From NCBI RefSeq assembly GCF_009914755.1, contig NC_060933.1: 64,000 bases of DNA; one strand, given 5' to 3'. Positions 44,651 through 63,983 of the stretch are shown here, piece after piece; position 1 is the first letter of the stretch; each line of letters starts with the position of its first letter. Source of the stretch: the human T2T-CHM13v2.0 reference genome, Homo sapiens. Made by a program: the position numbers and the translations under genes. Below the pieces are notes generated by a model that worked only from the letters and a program-made list of their open reading frames with translations, made no database searches and had not been told where the DNA came from.

Positions 44651-47600
44651 ATTATTAAGCCCTTTTTAGGGTTAGTTTGGTAGGGGTGGGTCCCGGGGTG
44701 ACAGCCCATTTTTCCCTGTCTGTGGACATTACTCCTTTCACCTGGCGTGTAGTGTGCCCATCCCTTTTCAGCCGTTCGAATCGCTGTTTCAGTAGTTAAG
44801 AGTACCAGATAAGGCCCTTCCCAAGCTGGTTCAAGTTTTCCCTCCTTCCAGCTTTTGATGAGAACGTGATCCCCAGGCTGATGCTGGTGTGCTGGAAACT
44901 CTAGAGCTGGCGTCTGTGCTCAGAGGCCTTCAGTCCTGAGGGAAGAAAAAGTGGAGGAGAGACCAAGTTTATAGTTTTTAAGAAACTGATCTTTGTTTCA
45001 AACGTAGCAATGTCAGCAATGGAGTGTAGATAAGGCAACCCATATAGCATTTCATAAGGGGATAAGCCAACATCTTTCCAAGGGGCAGTTCGGATTTTTC
45101 ACAAGGCAATGGGAAGGCATTTAGTCCATGGCAACCGAGTCTCTAAGACTAATTTGGTTAAGTGACTCTTCAGAGTTTGGTTCATTCTCTCCACTCTTCC
45201 TGATGAAGGTGGGTGCCAGGGAGTGTGGTATTCCCCTGCTATGTCTAGTACTTGGGCTAGTTTCTTGACGGCATGTGCAGTGAAATGAGTCCCATTATCT
45301 GAATCAATATTTTGTATTAATCTGTTAAACCTGGGTATAATATTCTCAATCAATGCTTTAATTACATTATTAGCAGTTGCACTTGAAAAGGGAATAGGTT
45401 CCCTCCAGTGCGTAAGGTGATCTACTATCACTAATAAGTACTTTAGGCAACCGACTGGGGGCATTTCGGTGTAATCAATTTGGACACTTTGGGACGGTCT
45501 TAACCCTGGACTCCTTTCCCCCAGGGAGTGGTTTTCTTAGGGTCTGCTTATTAGTCTTTTTGCATATTAGACAACTATCTGTAACTTGTCTTTCCAGAGT
45601 ATAAATTCCTATACATCCCTAAACCCTGAGAACTGCATCACACATGGCTTGGGGTCCCCAGTGAATTCCTTGATGCAGCTGAGATAAGACTTCTCTCTTG
45701 AGGGGTTTGGATAACATTTCTCTTTGGTCTGGTAACACCCATTTCCCTTCAGAATTCTCTTTGGCCCCTATTTTTATTAATTTCCCTTTTTCAGTGGAAG
45801 AGAAGATGGGAACTGCGGTCGGGGGAGGAAGACAAGGGGTTAGGTGAAAAGTGAGCGTTTTGAGGAAATGGCAGCTTGTTTGGCTATTTGATCTGCAAGG
45901 TTATTACCTCGACTTTCACAAGAAAGACCTTTCTGGTGTCCTGGGACATGGACAGTAGCTATTTCTTCTGGCAGCTGGAGGTTACCTAACACTTGGGTGA
46001 TTAATTCCTTGTGGGCAAGGTCTTGGCCTTTGCTATTAATGAGACCTCGTTCGGTCCAAATTTTTCCAAAGGTATGAGCTAGCCCGAAGGCGTACTTGGA
46101 ATCAGAATAAATAGTTCCTTCTTGGTTTTGCAAGTGCTTTAAGGCTTGATTCATTGCAAACAATTCACATGTTTGGGCAGACCAATGACTGGGCAGCCTT
46201 CCTGACCCTCCTTCTGCAAGGGCTTCCCCATAGACTACTGAATATCCATTATGTCTTTTTCCTTCAGTTACCTGGGAAGAGCCATCTATAAATAAGTGCT
46301 GCCCTGTTTGAAAGGGGTCTCCCTTACATCGGGCCTGAATCTAAACACTCATGCTCAGGTCCTTTTAGATTTGGATTCCCTGTTAGGAGACCTGCTGGGT
46401 TAAGTGAATTATCAGTGGTTAGTGTTAAATCATCTCTCTAATAGGATAGCTTCATACTTTAAAATTTTTGAGTCAGTGAGCCATCTCCCTGCTTTCTGGT
46501 TTAAGATAGTTCTAACTTGATGAGGCGTGCTCACAACTAAATCTCCCCCAAAGGTCAGCTTTCTGCTTTCTTCAGTTAACAAAGCCGTAGCCGCAATGGA
46601 TTGAATACATTCAAGCCATCCACAGGTTACTGGATCTAAAACTTTCGACAGGAACACCACAGGTTGCCAGTGACCCCCGTGTTCTTGAGTAAGTACCCCT
46701 AAAGCTACCCCCTTCTTTACATTAATGAAAAGATGAGATGGCTTTTCTAGGGAAGGCAGGGCTAGGACGGGGCAGTTATGAGCATATGTTTTAGTTCTTC
46801 AACCTGGTGGATTTCTTCAGAGGTCCACAGAAGAGGGTCAGGCTTTTCTTGGGCAAGCTTTAGGTATAAAGATTTTGTTTTTAGGGCATATGAGTCAATC
46901 CGTAAGCGGCAATATCCAACCAATCCTAGGAATGTTACGAGTTCCTGCTTAGTTTTAGGCAAAGTTAAGAAGGACACGATCCCTTCGACGTGTTCAGTTC
47001 CTGTCCTTCGTATCAAGTGTCCTAGGTATTTAACTTCTGGCTCTACAGATTGAAGCTTTCCCTTTGAAACCCCATAACCCTTTTCCTTGCAAATGGTTAA
47101 GGAGGTGGACGGAGAGGGCAGCTATCCGTTCTGTAGCTTCACCAGATACCAGCGGGTCATCCACGTATTGGAGCAGGCATGTGTTTTGGGGTAGAAATTT
47201 GTTCTAGAACTTGTTCTAGAATCTGACCGAAGAGGTTAGAGGAGTCTGTGAAGTCTTGGGGGAGAACTGTCCGTCGATACTGTTGCTTCCGTCCGGAATG
47301 GGGATCTTTCCATTCGCAAGCAAAAATGTCTCGGCTGTCCTCAGACAAGGGGCATGCCCAAAAAGCATCTTAAATATATTACTGTAAACCACTGATGGTC
47401 GTATGGAATTTTGCTGAGGAGGGTGTAAGGATTAGGGACAACAGGGTGAGTAGTCTGGAATATCTGGCTGATGGCCCAGAGGCCTTGCACTAGTCAGTAT
47501 GACCCATCTGACTTTCTTACAGGCAGTATTGGGATAAGGGGACACACCGGGTTCAAGGAGCCCGTCCCTAATGAGACTCTCAATGATAGGTTTTAGGCCT

Positions 47601-48020
47601 ATTCTGCCTTCTAAGGGGATGGGATATTGCTTCCTTCTTACTATTTCCCCCCGGGGTTTTTAACTTTATATGTATGGTGGGGGGGTGGGACTTGGAGTCT
47701 TCCCCAATTCCCTTCCCTTGACCAGAGATCGGGATGAATGTATTTTTCTTCATGGTGGTAAGTAGGTTTAATGAGGTGAGGAATCCTTCTGGGCTAACAT
47801 GTAAACCTATACCTAACTTTAAGTCTCTTCCTAACGGGTTAGTTCCTGCTTCAGGGATTAGCAGAAATTTAACGTGGGCTGTTCGATTTTTATGTTTGAA
47901 CTCTGCGTCTTCTAAGATTTTTGCTCTAAATCCTTCTCCCTTTACCCCTGAAACAAAAAGCTCTTCTGAGGAGCAGCTGACGCTAGACGGAAGGGAACAA
48001 ACAGAAGAGCGAGCAGCACC
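44650..48020 (-). pseudogene. ERV pro-pol pseudogene (protease C-terminal half, RT, RNase H, integrase)
   Basis: NPLGRD (PR), LPQ and YVDD at 47156-47167 (RT), YSDSKYAF/HVPGH/GNNLAD (RNase H), DSDNGTHF/SGRVERMN and WEGPY (IN); many frameshifts. Confidence 0.92.
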
Positions 48021-48445
48021 CTTCTGCAGAAGTAAACTTAGCACATTTAGTTCTGCAGAAGAAAGGTGCTGTGCTGCTCGCTCTTCTGGCCACCAGAGCA
48101 CACGGAACAAAGGAGGAAAGGTTCCTGTGTCTTGTCCCACTGGCTGGAGTTGGACCGCACAATCTAAGCTGATCTCGATTGGCTATTTCAAATAGAACAG
48201 GGATGTGGGTTACAGTGGCTGGATGAGCGGTTTCGCCAGGAAGAATAGTTTCGGCGGGAAGGGCAGTTACAGAGCGGGTAACTAAGGGCAAGGAGGCGCA
48301 AAGAACAAGGAAGTTAGACTTTGAAGATGGAGAACAAAGAAGAAGGGAGTTGAACAAGCTGAACCTTTGAGGAGGAACTCACTCAACCTGGATATCTAAT
48401 ATCCGGGACACTGAGAGAGGGACGGAGTTGCTGGACGGCGGCTGA

Positions 48446-49885
<1,440 letters not shown>

Positions 49886-50933
49886 CAGTTCTCTGTTCCT
49901 AACATCCATAACAGTGCCTAGTTCTGTAAATACTTGTCAAATGCACGATTGAGTCTTCACAGCAATCTAGTGAGTTAGATGCCATTTTTATTCACATTTT
50001 TCAGATAAAGACACAAGAAAGTTTAGGTCAGACATCTACATGGTACAAGGGGATTTGAACTCATGCTTTGCTCTAGAGTCTGAACTTTTACCTGCTGCTT
50101 CCTCATCCTTTATGAATATGGAAAAGCCCTGAATTCATTAAGCACGGGCTGCCAGTAGAGCCCCAGTTAATCACGTTTTCTTCTTTTATATTATTCTCTT
50201 GATTTATGGCTTTGACAGAATCCTTACTCTCGCTAACCTCAGGGATTATTACAGTGTGAGCACTTTGGGAAGGGACCTTCCTTACTCATTCACTCTTCTC
50301 ATGTTTCTTGAGCACCTCCCCTGTGCCAGGCCTACGTTTGGGTTCATTCCCGCCCCATCGGGACTCAGAGGTGTGTGTTTTATGAGGAGGAGATTCCTGA
50401 GAACCAAGTCTTCTTCATTCTCTCCCGAGATAGTTCCTGATCACTTCCTAAGGGACAGACCCTGTCCTGGGTGTTGGGAACCAGCTCACTAGCACGTAGG
50501 TGACCTTGTCCCAGTTCACGTTGTTGGTGCTTTCATATGCACACATCCAGTGCTCGTTGTGACCCAGCATTGGGCAAGTATTCATTCATATGTACGTGGC
50601 ACATATTGAATGTCTACCATGAGTTAGGCACCAGGAGCTGTGCTTTATAGATATTTAATCATAACAGTCGTATGACATAGATGCTATTCTTGGGGTTTTT
50701 AAGGAGAGGGACCAAAAAGAGTGTTGGTATTCAGTTTCATGTGCTTGGAAAGCTAGAGGTAACAGCAAGTCAGAGCCCAAATGGTTGTTACTGATTGATT
50801 TAATCTCATTTGGACCTCGAAACATTTGCATATGAGACTAAATACCAAGACCCTTTATGGTGGGTAGTTGTTAGAGTAGGTAACCCTAGACAAGCCACTC
50901 CACCCCGCACCAAGCCTGAGTTACCTCCAAGAT

Positions 50934-51930
50934 TGTGGGTGGCAAGCCACCCAGGTGCTGAGGCAAGAGACCGAGGGCATGAGCTGTTCCAGTATAATAA
51001 AATACATAAAACAACAAGTTATACTAGATCTAGATCATAGACATGATTATATATGAATATCATTAATCATTAGTTTGTAGGAATTACTCTTTATTCCAAT
51101 ATTATAATAATCCTCGCTCTATAATCATAACCTAAGAAAAACCAGGTCATACAGAGATAGGAGCTGAGGGGACATGGTGAGAAGTGACCAGAAGACAAGA
51201 GTGCGAGCCTTCTGTTATGCCCAGACTGGGCCACCAGAGGGCTCCTTGGTCTAGCAGTAACGCCAGTGTCTGGGAAGACGCCTCTTGCCAAGCGGACCAT
51301 GGTCTAGCGGTAGCATCAGTGTCAAGGAAAAACACCCGCTACTTAGCAGACCTGCAAAGGGAGTCTCCCTTTCCCTGGGGGAGTTTGGAGAAGACTCTAC
51401 TCCTCCACCTCTTGTGGAGGGCCTGACATCAGTCAGACCTGCCCGCAGTTATCCGGGGGACTGTCTCCCTGTGATGCTGTGCTTCAGTGGTCACGCTCCT
51501 AGTCCACCTTCATGTTCCGTCCTGTACGCCTGGCTCTGCCTTTTAGATAGCAGTAGTAAATTAGTGAAAGTACTAAAAGTCTCTGATATGCAGAAGTAAT
51601 GGCATAAGCTGTCTCTCTCTCTCCCTCTCTGTCTGCCTCGGCTGCCAGGCAGGTAAGGGCCCCCTGTCCAGTGGACACATAACCCACGTGACCTTACCTA
51701 TCATTGGAGATGACTCACACTCTTTACCCTGCCCCTTTTGCTTTGTATCCAGTAAATAACAGTGCAGCCAGACATTTGGGGCCACTGCCGGTCCCCGCAT
51801 TTTGGTGGTAGTGGTCCCCCGGGCCCAGCTGTCTTTTCTTTTATGTCTTTGTCTTGTGTCTTTATTTCTGCAGTCTCGTCTCCACACACAGGGAGAAAAA
51901 CCCACCGACCCTGTGGGGCTGGTCCCTACA
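50934..51930 (+). mobile_element. LTR13-type solo LTR, sense orientation in GTF3C5 intron 1
   Basis: Same termini as 35334-36320; 5-bp flanking repeat aagat (50929-50933, 51931-51935). Confidence 0.85.
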
Positions 51931-52242
51931 AAGATAAGGGTGATAGTATCTCCCCTCAAGTGTTGCCAGAAGGACCAACTAATGCCCCACACCGAGCAGG
52001 CACTTGATGGATGATGGCATTTACTTAGAAGGAAGGAGACGATTCTCATTTTTTCCACCAGATAAAAACTAAGATACATGGGTTTAAAAAATGGGCCTTT
52101 TGGGAATTAAGGGCCCAGAATGAAACATGAGCCTCCTGGCCTTTCCTGGATCACCGTCAGGCTTTTATTGAGAGAGGAGCAGCTCCCCACTGGCTGCTTG
52201 GCTTGTCATTGCTTCACTCTGTCTCCTTTGGCCTTGCCACAG

Positions 52243-52462
52243 ATCTACGCAGACCCCACCAAGAGGCTGGAGCTGTACTTCCGGCCCAAGGACCCATACT
52301 GCCACCCAGTGTGCGCCAACCGCTTCAGTACCAGCAGCCTGCTGCTCCGCATCAGGAAGAGAACGAGGCGGCAGAAAGGGGTGCTGGGCACTGAGGCCCA
52401 CTCCGAGGTCACATTTGACATGGAGATCCTTGGCATCATCTCCACCATTTACAAATTTCAGG
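52243..52462 (+). CDS. GTF3C5: GTF3C5 coding exon 2
   Basis: ccacag|ATC acceptor; IYADPTKRLELYFRPKDPYCHPVCANRFSTSSLLLRIRKRTRR...IYKFQ(G); G|gtaact donor. Confidence 0.95.
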
Positions 52463-53459
52463 GTAACTGAAATCTGCTCTTGCAATGTCTGGTTATTTCA
52501 GGGCTGGCCATCCTAGCTGCCTGCAGGAGCTGTGTGGGTCATCTGCACCAGTGGAGGGGGCCAGGATATGCCCAGGGGCTGTGGGGACACAGCAGGGCAC
52601 AGGCCCCATCCAGGAGGCAGCCTTTCTTCCCTCCAGCCAACAGTTCCCCAGAGACTGCAGGTTCATTGCTGCCCAATCTTCAGCATTCTTAAGCTAGAAA
52701 TCTCCTAATTTTTAATGAAACCATTGTGTGGGACCAAATAAAACTGGTCAGTAGACCTCCAGTCTTTCCCCCACCACAGTGTTTTGAACCTTCTCTTGTC
52801 TCGGCTGCTGTTGGTCTTGCCCTCCTAGCTCCCGAAGCCCCTTGGGACCTCCTCCTCCTCTGAACTCTCAGCAGGTTGAACGTCCCTCGTGGAGCCCTCA
52901 ATCAGGTTTCCCACCTACCAGGAACCCCAGTGAGGAAGCAATAAAGCAAGGGAGGGAGACGGGTGAGAAAGACAGACTCTGGCATTGTGCCTGCCTGAGC
53001 CCTGCCAGTTTCTTTGGGAGGTGGCTTGGCTTCCCTGAGCCTCAGTGTCCTTGTCTGTGCAGTGCGGGCTACAGAGCCTGCGTTCCTTAGGCCCTCGTGA
53101 AGATTCCGGGAGGCAATGCTTGTGAATGGGCCAGCCTCTGGCCCACAGGAGGTGCCTGGCATATTACTAACAAGGCTTAGAGATGGCTAAGTTACATCTG
53201 CAGTTCTAGGCAGAATCTGAAGAGTATAAAGATTGAGAAGGGCAAAGAGGACTAGAAAGAAAAGAGGGGAAGAAGAAAGTGAAATGAAGGAGAAGCAGGA
53301 CCTGGGGTCCCATGGGTTGGGCATTTTTAATGGCAGTCATTCTGGTGGGTCATGGCATTCACCAAAGAGGGCTGTTCTTTTGGGACAAGGTTTCCCAAGT
53401 GATTCATAAAACATAACACCTCATATTTTTCATCGAATTGAACCAGCATCTTGCTGCTC

Positions 53460-53635
53460 TGTGTGTGTCTCTGGACTGGCAGCATCAGCCTCACCTGGGA
53501 GCTTGGTAGAAATGCACCAGGTCAGAACCTGCATTTAGCAAGATCCCAGCAGATTCATATGCATGTTACTAGGTTGGTGCAAAGGTAATTGCAGGTTTTA
53601 CAGTTAAAAGTAACATTCATCTAAGAAGCACTGAC
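53460..53635. mobile_element. MER5A-like hAT MITE containing a half MADE1 (53570-53613)
   Basis: cagcatcagcctcacctgggagcttggtagaaatgca...ctgcatttagcaagatccc is MER5A-like; taggttggtgcaaaggtaattgc is the MADE1 TIR. Confidence 0.75.
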
Positions 53636-53883
53636 CTGGACTCCATCCTCACCTATCATGTAGCTCCCCACCTCCCCAAAATAATTTTCATGTAAGTGAC
53701 TTAGACTGCATGGAGCCAACTTTGCAGAGGCATTTGGGAAGGGTGTGTTTTCCTGCCACCCTCACCCTGCAGCCTCCACCACATGGCCCACTCAGCACCT
53801 CCCTAAGCAGATGTGGGTGTCGGTGTGTGGCAGCTGCCCATTCCTGGACTCAATGTCTGCCATCTGCCCACCTCTCTTTCTAG

Positions 53884-54082
53884 GGATGTCTGACTTCCAG
53901 TACTTGGCTGTGCATACGGAAGCAGGCGGCAAGCATACGTCAATGTATGACAAGGTGCTCATGCTCCGGCCCGAGAAGGAGGCCTTTTTCCACCAGGAGC
54001 TGCCGCTCTACATCCCCCCACCCATCTTCTCCCGGCTGGACGCCCCGGTGGACTACTTCTACCGACCAGAGACCCAGCACCG
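53884..54082 (+). CDS. GTF3C5: GTF3C5 coding exon 3
   Basis: ttctag|GG acceptor; MSDFQYLAVHTEAGGKHTSMYDKVLMLRPEKEAFFHQELPLYIPPPIFSRLDAPVDYFYRPETQH; CG|gtaagg donor. Confidence 0.95.
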
Positions 54083-54116
54083 GTAAGGCCCCCCTCCATG
54101 CAGCCTCGGTTCTCTA

Positions 54117-58890
<4,774 letters not shown>

Positions 58891-60938
58891 TTACTGCTCT
58901 GCCCTGTGGGCCAGTGGGAAGCTGTTTCCAGCCCCTGGGGTAAAATGAGGGAGGAGGGCCAGCTGCCCTCGGGCCCCAAGGCCCCCCTCCCTCCCCATGT
59001 GGTTTATCAGTTTCCAGCACCTGGAAAGAACCTGCATTTTCTCCCAGGGCTGCTGTCGATTCTCCTGCCCTGCTCACGTTGCTGGGTGCATGAGGACTGG
59101 CAGGGAGGAGACCTAGCCACTGCCTCCTTGGCCCCTTCCTGGGGAGATTGAGCTTCCCACAAACCAGGTGGGCAAGCAGAGGCTGCTGGGTGGCCTGACG
59201 GGGTCGTCCTAACTGGAGGATGGTGGGTCCCTCCTGTTCCTCAGGGACTCTCCAAGGTGGTCCTGTTGACTTTGCCATCAGCACCCTTCGACCCCTGCCA
59301 GCAGTTCCCCACCTACTTAGAATCATGGTGACACAGACCACAGCCTGAGGCCACCATGGGGAGCGGTCTGGGGATGCAGCCAAGGCTGCCGCAGCCTCTC
59401 CCTACAGGGTTGGGCACAGGTGGGCTGCTCTTGCAGGTGACCACCCGGTTTTCCTGGGGAACATCTTTGAAAACGCGATAGTGCTGACCTGTCCCGTGCG
59501 GTTTCTAACGCAGGCACTTTAAAAAGAAGGCCCAGGCTCGATCCCGTCTTTCTAGTTTTGTTTCACAATGTGAAAATTACTGCTATTCTTTGTAAGTGTG
59601 CAGATGCTATGTACTCATGTAGAAAACTAAGGTAAAATGGAAACACATTTTAAAAGGTAATGATCACCCGAGTGAATTTGATGATGTCCGAGACCTACTT
59701 TAAGATGCACTTCGATGAAATGCAGTTAACCATGTGCTGATCATTGCTGAAGCTGGTGACGGGCTTGTGGGGGTTCTTTACACTGGCCTGCCTGCTTTTG
59801 TGTCAGTTTGGTGTCCAACCTTAAAGACGTAACTACTACAAATATTTTGAGAAATACCTACCTAAGGGTGTTCTGTGCCAACATACAGAGGTAGTTCTAG
59901 AATCTCTGCTTTGTATGTGTGTGTATGTGTTTTAAGACTTTATTTTTTTAGAGCAATTTTAGAATCACAGCAAAATAAGGCGCAGCGATTTCTCCTATGC
60001 CCCCCAGCCACCCCCACTCAGCCTCCCCCGTGATCAGCATCTCAGTAGAGTGGGGCGCTTGTTACCAGTGGATGAACCTATGCTGAGACGTCGTCACCCA
60101 GTGTCCGTAGTTGACATTGGGGTTCCCTCTTGGTGTTGGACATTCTATGTGTTTGGACAAATGGAACCCTTGGCTTTAACCCCTGTGTTTCATGACAATG
60201 CCATTTGGTGAGGTTCTTTGTTCATTCATCTACATGTGGTCGAGATGCTTGTGAGCCAAAGAGTCATGCTCTGTTGGGTGGCAGGACAGGTGTGTGATGG
60301 GACCTTTGCAGCCAGCCTTCTCGATGGGAGTCCCAGCTCCTTCCCAGGAGCTCCGTCTCTGGGCAAATTTCCCAGTCCCTGTGGTTTCAGCTGCTTTATT
60401 AGAAAATGGTCCCTTCTCTGTAGGATTAGTTTGAGCGTTAAATAAGTGAATCGCATGTAAGCAGATGTGAGTGAGTGCAGCTCTTGTCCCTGTTTTGACA
60501 ACGGATTGCGTTCTCTCATGCAGCTGTGCTGGGTGATTTCACCATTGCCAGCTGCTGGACATTAGACTCTGTCCAGTTTTTCACTGGCTGGACAGTGCTG
60601 TGCCTGACTCAGTGCACTTTTGGGGCCACCAGCCCCATGACAGGTGCCCTTTCCTGCACTCCAGCCTCTAGGACCTTTTGGCCTTTCCCCAGTTTGAGAG
60701 CTGCAGGCCCCAGGGTTTCTCTGAGTTGTCATAGGCAGTTGTGGCTGCGTCTCTTCCTCTGTGAATACAGGTTCCTTTAGCAGCCAACTCTGGGGTCCTT
60801 TCCCAGCACAGATGTCCAGAGAGAGGCACACGGTGGCTGTGGGCCTTGGGGGGTTCTGGGCTCCCTGCCTGGTCTGGCCCAGCGGGTGCCTGGGATGGCC
60901 TTGGTGCTCCTGTTCTCACCTGTACTCTCTGCCCCCAG

Positions 60939-61134
60939 GGAAGGCTACAACAATCCCCCCATCTCAGGTGAGAATCTGATTGGCCTGAGCAGAGCCCGGC
61001 GCCCCCACAATGCCATCTTTGTCAACTTTGAGGATGAGGAGGTGCCCAAGCAGCCACTGGAGGCTGCAGCCCAGACGTGGAGGAGAGTCTGCACTAACCC
61101 CGTGGACCGGAAGGTGGAGGAGGAGCTGAGGAAG
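60939..61134 (+). CDS. GTF3C5: GTF3C5 coding exon 4 (ends at a GC donor)
   Basis: cccccag|G acceptor; EGYNNPPISGENLIGLSRARRPHNAIFVNFEDEEVPKQPLEAAAQTWRRVCTNPVDRKVEEELRK; AAG|gcaagt donor keeps frame with exon 5. Confidence 0.9.
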
Positions 61135-62215
61135 GCAAGTCCTGCGCTGCGCCTGGCCCCGGTGGCTCCAGCCTCTCTGTTGGCTTCCCGTGTTTACCCA
61201 GCTGCTCCCTGTTCCTGGCTGTGGGGTTGGCTGCACTGACCTTTACCCATTCCTTAGTGCATGGGAACTTCTCACCTTCAGATGCCATGTCTAAAGGCTG
61301 TGTCGGTATAAGTTCTACATTCCCAAGGTTGAAAATGCTTCTTAGAGTTCTTAAGAAAAATATGCGTGCGTTGTTCAGATGTGACATAAACGTGGAGCTC
61401 TGGGATCCACTGAGCTCTTATTCTTCCATTCACTCATTGCAGCCAAGCCAGTGGGGCACCTAGTGTGCCAGGCCCAGCACTTTCTTACCGTTAGAACTGG
61501 AACCGTGCTGCCAGGCAGCCCTCCTTCCCCGGGCTTGCGGGTGCCGTGGAGTCCTGCGTCCCCACTGGCATGAGCATCAGGTTCACAGGCCACTGCCACC
61601 TGGAGCCCGGCGCTTCCCTTACGCAGTGTGCCTGTGGGAGACCACGTGGATGTCTTGTTGATTTCCAGCAGTCACTGGGGCACACTGTCAGTGGCTCCTT
61701 ATTGCCCACCAGGCACAGCCCACATTCCTGACCTGAATTGGCTCGTGAGGCCCGCTGCCCCAGCCCCCTGGCCCTCTACACTCCGGCCACACTGACCTTT
61801 GCAGTCCTCCCCGGGCCAGGCTGTCCCCTTCAGCCCTGACGATGTCCCACCTCAGGCACCTGTTCTGTAGATTGGGGCAGCATGGGGACCCTGGGACTCT
61901 AGCATGTGCCCCCTGAGCCGTACTCCCCACCGCGCTGTGGGCTCTATGAGGACAGCGACCATGTCTCTTATCGTTTGAGAGACCCAGCCCCACAACTGCA
62001 CTTGGCACAGGCTGGGCATGCAGCCCAGGCTTCTGAGGGAAGGGATGAATTAGTGAGAGCAGGAGGTCCTAGGGCCACGCCCTGTGTGTCCAGCCCCTGT
62101 CCTCTACCAGCTCCTCTCTGGAGGGGCCGCTGGGGCCCAGAACATGTTGGGAGTTCAGGGCCGAAGGGTGGAAGCTGCTGGTGCTCATCTCAGCCTCTGC
62201 CCTTGGCCTCCCCAG

Positions 62216-62320
62216 CTGTTTGACATCCGTCCCATCTGGTCCCGAAATGCTGTCAAGGCCAACATCAGCGTCCACCCAGACAAGCTCAAGGTCTTGCTTC
62301 CCTTCATAGCCTATTACATG
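62216..62320 (+). CDS. GTF3C5: GTF3C5 coding exon 5
   Basis: ccccag|CTG acceptor; LFDIRPIWSRNAVKANISVHPDKLKVLLPFIAYYM; ATG|gtaagt donor. Confidence 0.94.
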
Positions 62321-62974
62321 GTAAGTGTCAGCTGCCCACCCACCTGCCTTGGTTTCCACCCATGTGGTCCCTGGTCCCTGCTGTGATGTCTTAGAGCCAC
62401 AGTAAGAGCAGCCAACCCCCTATCCTGGCTCCCCATCCTTCCTGCCCCACCCCCATCCTGGCCCATCCTTCCTACCCACCCCTGGCCTGGCCCTCATCCT
62501 TCCTGCCCTGCCCCCAACCTAGCACCTCCCCCGTCCTGGCACCCCCATCCTTCCTTCCCCCCTGTCCTGGCCCCCCGATCCTAGCATCCCTAAGACAGCT
62601 TATTAAAGCCAGCTAGAAAAGTTTCAGCTCCCTGAGTCCAGGGCGCCCTCCACAGCCTGTTGGGCTGCAGAACCCAGCCCCTGACCACAGCGGCCCCATG
62701 TCGTCCTCTACCTGTGTTGAGTGGGGTTCAGTGGGAGGCAGATCCACCTTTGATCCACAAGCATGTAAAGACACATGTCATTACTGAGGTTCCAAAGGTG
62801 CTGGTTGGAAAGGGATCCTCCCCGCTGCCAGGCCTCACAGAGCATTAGGGGAGGCCAGCGTAAGACATGACTGTGAGGGTCTGCAACAGGCAGTAGGACA
62901 CAAGAAAGACTCATTTCTTCTGCCTTGTTGGACTTCCGGCTCAGGAGAGCGACCTGTGCTGCTTGGCGTTGGCA

Positions 62975-63760
62975 TTTTATTTTATTTTATTTATTTTATT
63001 TATTTTGAGATGGAGTCTCACTCTGTCTCCCAGGCTGGAGTGCAGTGGTGTGATCTCTGCTCACTGCAACCTCCGCCTCTGGGATTCAAGTGATTCTCCT
63101 GCCTCAGCCTCCTAAGTAGCTGGGAGTACAGGCGCACGCCACCATGCCCAGCTAATTTTCTTTTTTTGCATTTTTAGTAGAGATGGGGTTTCGCCATGTT
63201 GGTCAGGCTGGTCTCGAACTCCTAACCTCAAGTGATCTGCCTGTCTCGGTCTCCCAAAATGCTGGGATTATAGGCGAGAGCCACTGCGGCTGGCTGGCAT
63301 TGGCTTTTTAGACATAAGCCATTCAAAAGCTCCGTTTAGGGACAGAAGATGTCTCATCGATTAGGCCAGTAGTAACATTGGGCACTTAATATGTGCCAGG
63401 AACCATGGTAAAGGCTCCACGGGCGCTATCTCATTTAATCCTCTGAAAAACCATGGGAGGCCAGGCATGATGGCTCACTCCTAGAATCCCGGTACTTCGG
63501 GAGGCTGAAGCGGGAGAATCGCTTGCATCCAGGAGTTTGAGACGAGCCTAGGCAACATAATGAGACCCCATCTCTACAAAAAAATTAAAAATTAGCTGGG
63601 TGTGGTGGCTCGTGCCTGTAGTTCCAGCTACTTGGGAGGCTGAGGTAGGAGGATCACTTGAGCCCAGGAGGTTGAGGCTGCAGTGAACCGTGATTTTGCC
63701 ACTGCACTCAGCCTGGGCAACAGAGTGAGACCCTCTCCCCCAAAAAACAAAAACCCACAG
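62975..63760. mobile_element. Inverted Alu pair (62975-63293 -, 63459-63760 +)
   Basis: Alu arms and tails. Confidence 0.88.
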
Positions 63761-63983
63761 GAAAGGGTGCTCCTTTTCCCTCCATCTGACAGGAAGACCA
63801 AGGTTTGGAAAGGCCACGTGCCCTCACCAAGGTGACAGGGCCTGCATGTGGCAGAGCAGGGCTGGGCATCCAGAGCCCTGTCCCCAGCTCCTGAGCTCTT
63901 CTGCTGCCTCACTGTAGGCTCTGGCCCGTCCAGGGACCTGGGCCTTCACCTCACCTCACATTTTCCCCACTTTTCTGTCCCAG

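Noticed and set aside
53570-53613. miR-548-type hairpin from MADE1
   Set aside because: Only one arm of the MITE is present, so no full hairpin.
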